Part shown: in pieces, positions 61,996 through 64,000 of the stretch
Position numbering within the stretch: position 1 is the first letter of the stretch
Layout of the letters: each line of letters begins with the position of its first letter
Source: Pseudomonadota bacterium
GTDB taxonomy: Bacteria; Pseudomonadota; Alphaproteobacteria; Caulobacterales; Caulobacteraceae
Direction: 5' to 3'
Length of the DNA stretch: 64,000 nt
NCBI GenBank assembly: GCA_040385285.1
Contig: JAZKHQ010000022.1
Coordinates: 18,109 to 82,108, forward strand
Position numbers and translations under genes: made by a program
The notes under the pieces: model-generated
What the model was told of the DNA's origin: nothing
The model's input: the letters and a program-made list of their open reading frames with translations, nothing else
The model's database searches: none

Positions 61996-63321
61996 TCAGC
62001 TCGCCGGCGTCACCCGCCAGATCACATTGCCCACGTCATCGGCCACCAGCAGGCCCCCCCGGGCGTCGAACTGCACCCCTACGGGCCGCCCCATGGCCTG
62101 ACCTTCCTCATTGAGGAAGCCGGTCAGCACCTTGACCGGCGCACCGTTCGGCATGCCGCCGGCGAAGGGCACGAAGATCACCTGATAGCCGTTCCGGGGA
62201 TTGCGGTTCCACGACCCGTGCTGGCCCACATAGGCGCCGTTGCGCATCGCCAATGGCATCAGCGTCCCCTCGCCGAACGTCAGCCCCAGCGACGCCGTAT
62301 GCGCCCCCAGCGCGTAATCCGGCCGGATGGCGCGGGCGACCATGTCCGGCCGCGCGGGCTCGACCCGCTCATCGACGTGGTCGCCGTAATAGCTCCACGG
62401 CCAGCCGTAGAAGGCCCCCGGTGTCACCGAGGTCATGTAGTCGGGCACCAGGTCCGGCCCCAGTTCGTCCCGCTCGTTGACCGACACCCACAGCTTGCCG
62501 CTCTCGGGGTTCCAAGCCAGCCCGACCGGGTTGCGCAGGCCGGACGCATAGATGCGCCGCGCGCCCGTCGCCGGATCGATCTCCAGGATCGCCGCCCGCT
62601 CGACCTCCTCGTTCAGGCCGTTCTCCCCGACGTTGGAGTTCGACCCGACCCCCACATACAGCCGCGACCCGTCGGCCGAGGCGACCAGGCTCTTGGTCCA
62701 GTGGTGGTTCCGCCCGGCCGGCAGGTCCGCCACCTTCACCGCCGCCGCATCGATGCGCGTCTGGCCGGTCATGTAGGGGAAGGCCACCACGGCGTCCGCG
62801 TTGGCGACATAGAGCCGGTCGCCGACCAGAACCATGCCGAACGGCGACATCAGGTTCTCGAGGAACGGCGTCTTCAGCTCCGCCACGCCGTCGCCGTCCG
62901 CGTCGCGCAGCAGGGTGATGCGGTCGGCGCTGGGAACCCGCGCTCCCGCCTTCTTCATGAACAGGCCCTGGAACCAGCCGCGGATGCCGCCCTCGCCCTT
63001 GGCCTCCAGCCCCTCGGGCTTCGGCGGCGCATTGGACTCCGCCACCAGGATGTCGCCGTTGGGCAGACGGTAGAGCCAGCGCGGGTGATCCAGCCCCTCG
63101 GCGAAGGCCGCGACCCTGAGCCCCGCCGCCGCGACCGGCGTCCGCCCCTCGGGCCAGCCGATCGCGTCCGCCACCTTCACCTGCGGGATCAGGGCGTGCG
63201 CCGGCTCCGGCAGGGTCGGGTTCGGCCCGAACCCGGACTCGGGCGGCAGCGCCGCGGGCCCTCCACATGCCGCCAGCGTCAGGGCGGCCGCCGAAACGGC
63301 CAGCAGGGAACGCGTGGACAT
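61996..63321 (-). CDS. Sorbosone dehydrogenase-family (PQQ-dependent sugar dehydrogenase) lipoprotein
   Basis: Lipobox LAAC; GLDHPRW; NHHWTK; GLRNPVG; GRPVGV. Confidence 0.88.
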   Translation of the reverse strand: MSTRSLLAVSAAALTLAACGGPAALPPESGFGPNPTLPEPAHALIPQVKVADAIGWPEGRTPVAAAGLRVAAFAEGLDHPRWLYRLPNGDILVAESNAPPKPEGLEAKGEGGIRGWFQGLFMKKAGARVPSADRITLLRDADGDGVAELKTPFLENLMSPFGMVLVGDRLYVANADAVVAFPYMTGQTRIDAAAVKVADLPAGRNHHWTKSLVASADGSRLYVGVGSNSNVGENGLNEEVERAAILEIDPATGARRIYASGLRNPVGLAWNPESGKLWVSVNERDELGPDLVPDYMTSVTPGAFYGWPWSYYGDHVDERVEPARPDMVARAIRPDYALGAHTASLGLTFGEGTLMPLAMRNGAYVGQHGSWNRNPRNGYQVIFVPFAGGMPNGAPVKVLTGFLNEEGQAMGRPVGVQFDARGGLLVADDVGNVIWRVTPAS

Positions 63322-63335
63322 GGCGAGGCTCCGGG

Positions 63336-63872
63336 TCAGAAGGCGGGAAACTCAAGTCGGGATGTGTCGTAGCCCAGCGCCCGCGCCCGGGCCACGAGCC
63401 GATCGCGCTCGGCGGCCGAGGGAACCTCGCGGGTGTAGATCCACAGCTTGTCGAAGGTCGGATCGGCCGAGATGAACCAGGTGTAGGCCTCGTCGTGATC
63501 CAGCACCCAGTAGTCCCAGGTGATCAGGCCCGCGACATAACGCACCCGCAGCTTGGCGTTGGTCCCGGGGTCGAGAACTTCGCCCCGGCCGCCGATGGCT
63601 TTCTCGCGCCCCTGCGGCGAGCCGACCTGGCAGGTGTCGCGCACATCCACCCGCGTCGGATTGACGACGACGTAATTCGTCGCCCCGGCCACGCATCCGT
63701 CGGTCAGGCTCATGGGCAGACGCGCGATTTCGAGCCACCGGCCGGAATAGAACCGCTCCAGATCCACGGCCCGCGCCGGCTGCGGCGCCCGCACATCCTC
63801 GGGACGGGGTCCGGAGGCGCAGGCGGCGGCCGCCAGAAGCATCAGCAAGGCGGCGAGACGGGGGATTTTCAT
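63336..63872 (-). CDS. Lipocalin family lipoprotein (Blc-like)
   Basis: Lipobox AAAC; FYSGRWLEIAR; DYWVLD; LWIYTR. Confidence 0.88.
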   Translation of the reverse strand: MKIPRLAALLMLLAAAACASGPRPEDVRAPQPARAVDLERFYSGRWLEIARLPMSLTDGCVAGATNYVVVNPTRVDVRDTCQVGSPQGREKAIGGRGEVLDPGTNAKLRVRYVAGLITWDYWVLDHDEAYTWFISADPTFDKLWIYTREVPSAAERDRLVARARALGYDTSRLEFPAF

Positions 63873-63936
63873 GACAGCTCCGGGCGATGACCTAACCACG
63901 AAATACGGCCCCGGTTCCCCAGAGACGCAAGGCGGC

Positions 63937-63999
63937 TCAAATCAGATCCTTCGGCGGCTTTATGCGCCGGAACCACCCCTCGATCATGGAGAAGGCTCC
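63937..63999 (-). CDS. 3' end of an unidentified gene running off the window
   Basis: ...GAFSMIEGWFRRIKPPKDLI* with host-like codons. Confidence 0.5.
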   Translation of the reverse strand, partial: GAFSMIEGWFRRIKPPKDLI

Positions 64000-64000
64000 G

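Overview
High-GC (about 68-70%) alphaproteobacterial chromosome segment. Gene content and style point to Caulobacteraceae, probably Brevundimonas (inference). The backbone is housekeeping: split metH, udk, pdxH, aroC, ubiA, methylmalonyl-CoA mutase, mnmC, motA, two acyl-CoA ligases and two TonB-dependent receptors. There are three accessory features. (1) A roughly 20 kb cluster of three Ig-repeat autotransporter adhesins (1560, 3148 and about 1155 aa) with an AraC regulator; two of them share homologous stalks and barrels but have unrelated N-terminal tips. (2) A lower-GC patch between motA and an acyl-CoA synthetase (about 56.8-59.2 kb) whose genes are bracketed by a dispersed 30-bp palindrome family (GTCCGCT-N10-AGCGGAC), giving a gene-cassette-like layout with no recombinase in the window. 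(3) A lone low-GC membrane ORF attached to the 3' end of aroC. Also notable: an apparent operon of flavoprotein reductase, BtuFCD-like ABC transporter and methylmalonyl-CoA mutase; a small exported protein with two TonB-box-like motifs; a three-site operator around an XRE regulator; a J-domain protein with RPD in place of HPD; and a covarying hairpin doublet. I found no CRISPR array, tRNA, rRNA, transposase or integrase. All family assignments come from motif recognition by eye, not database searches.
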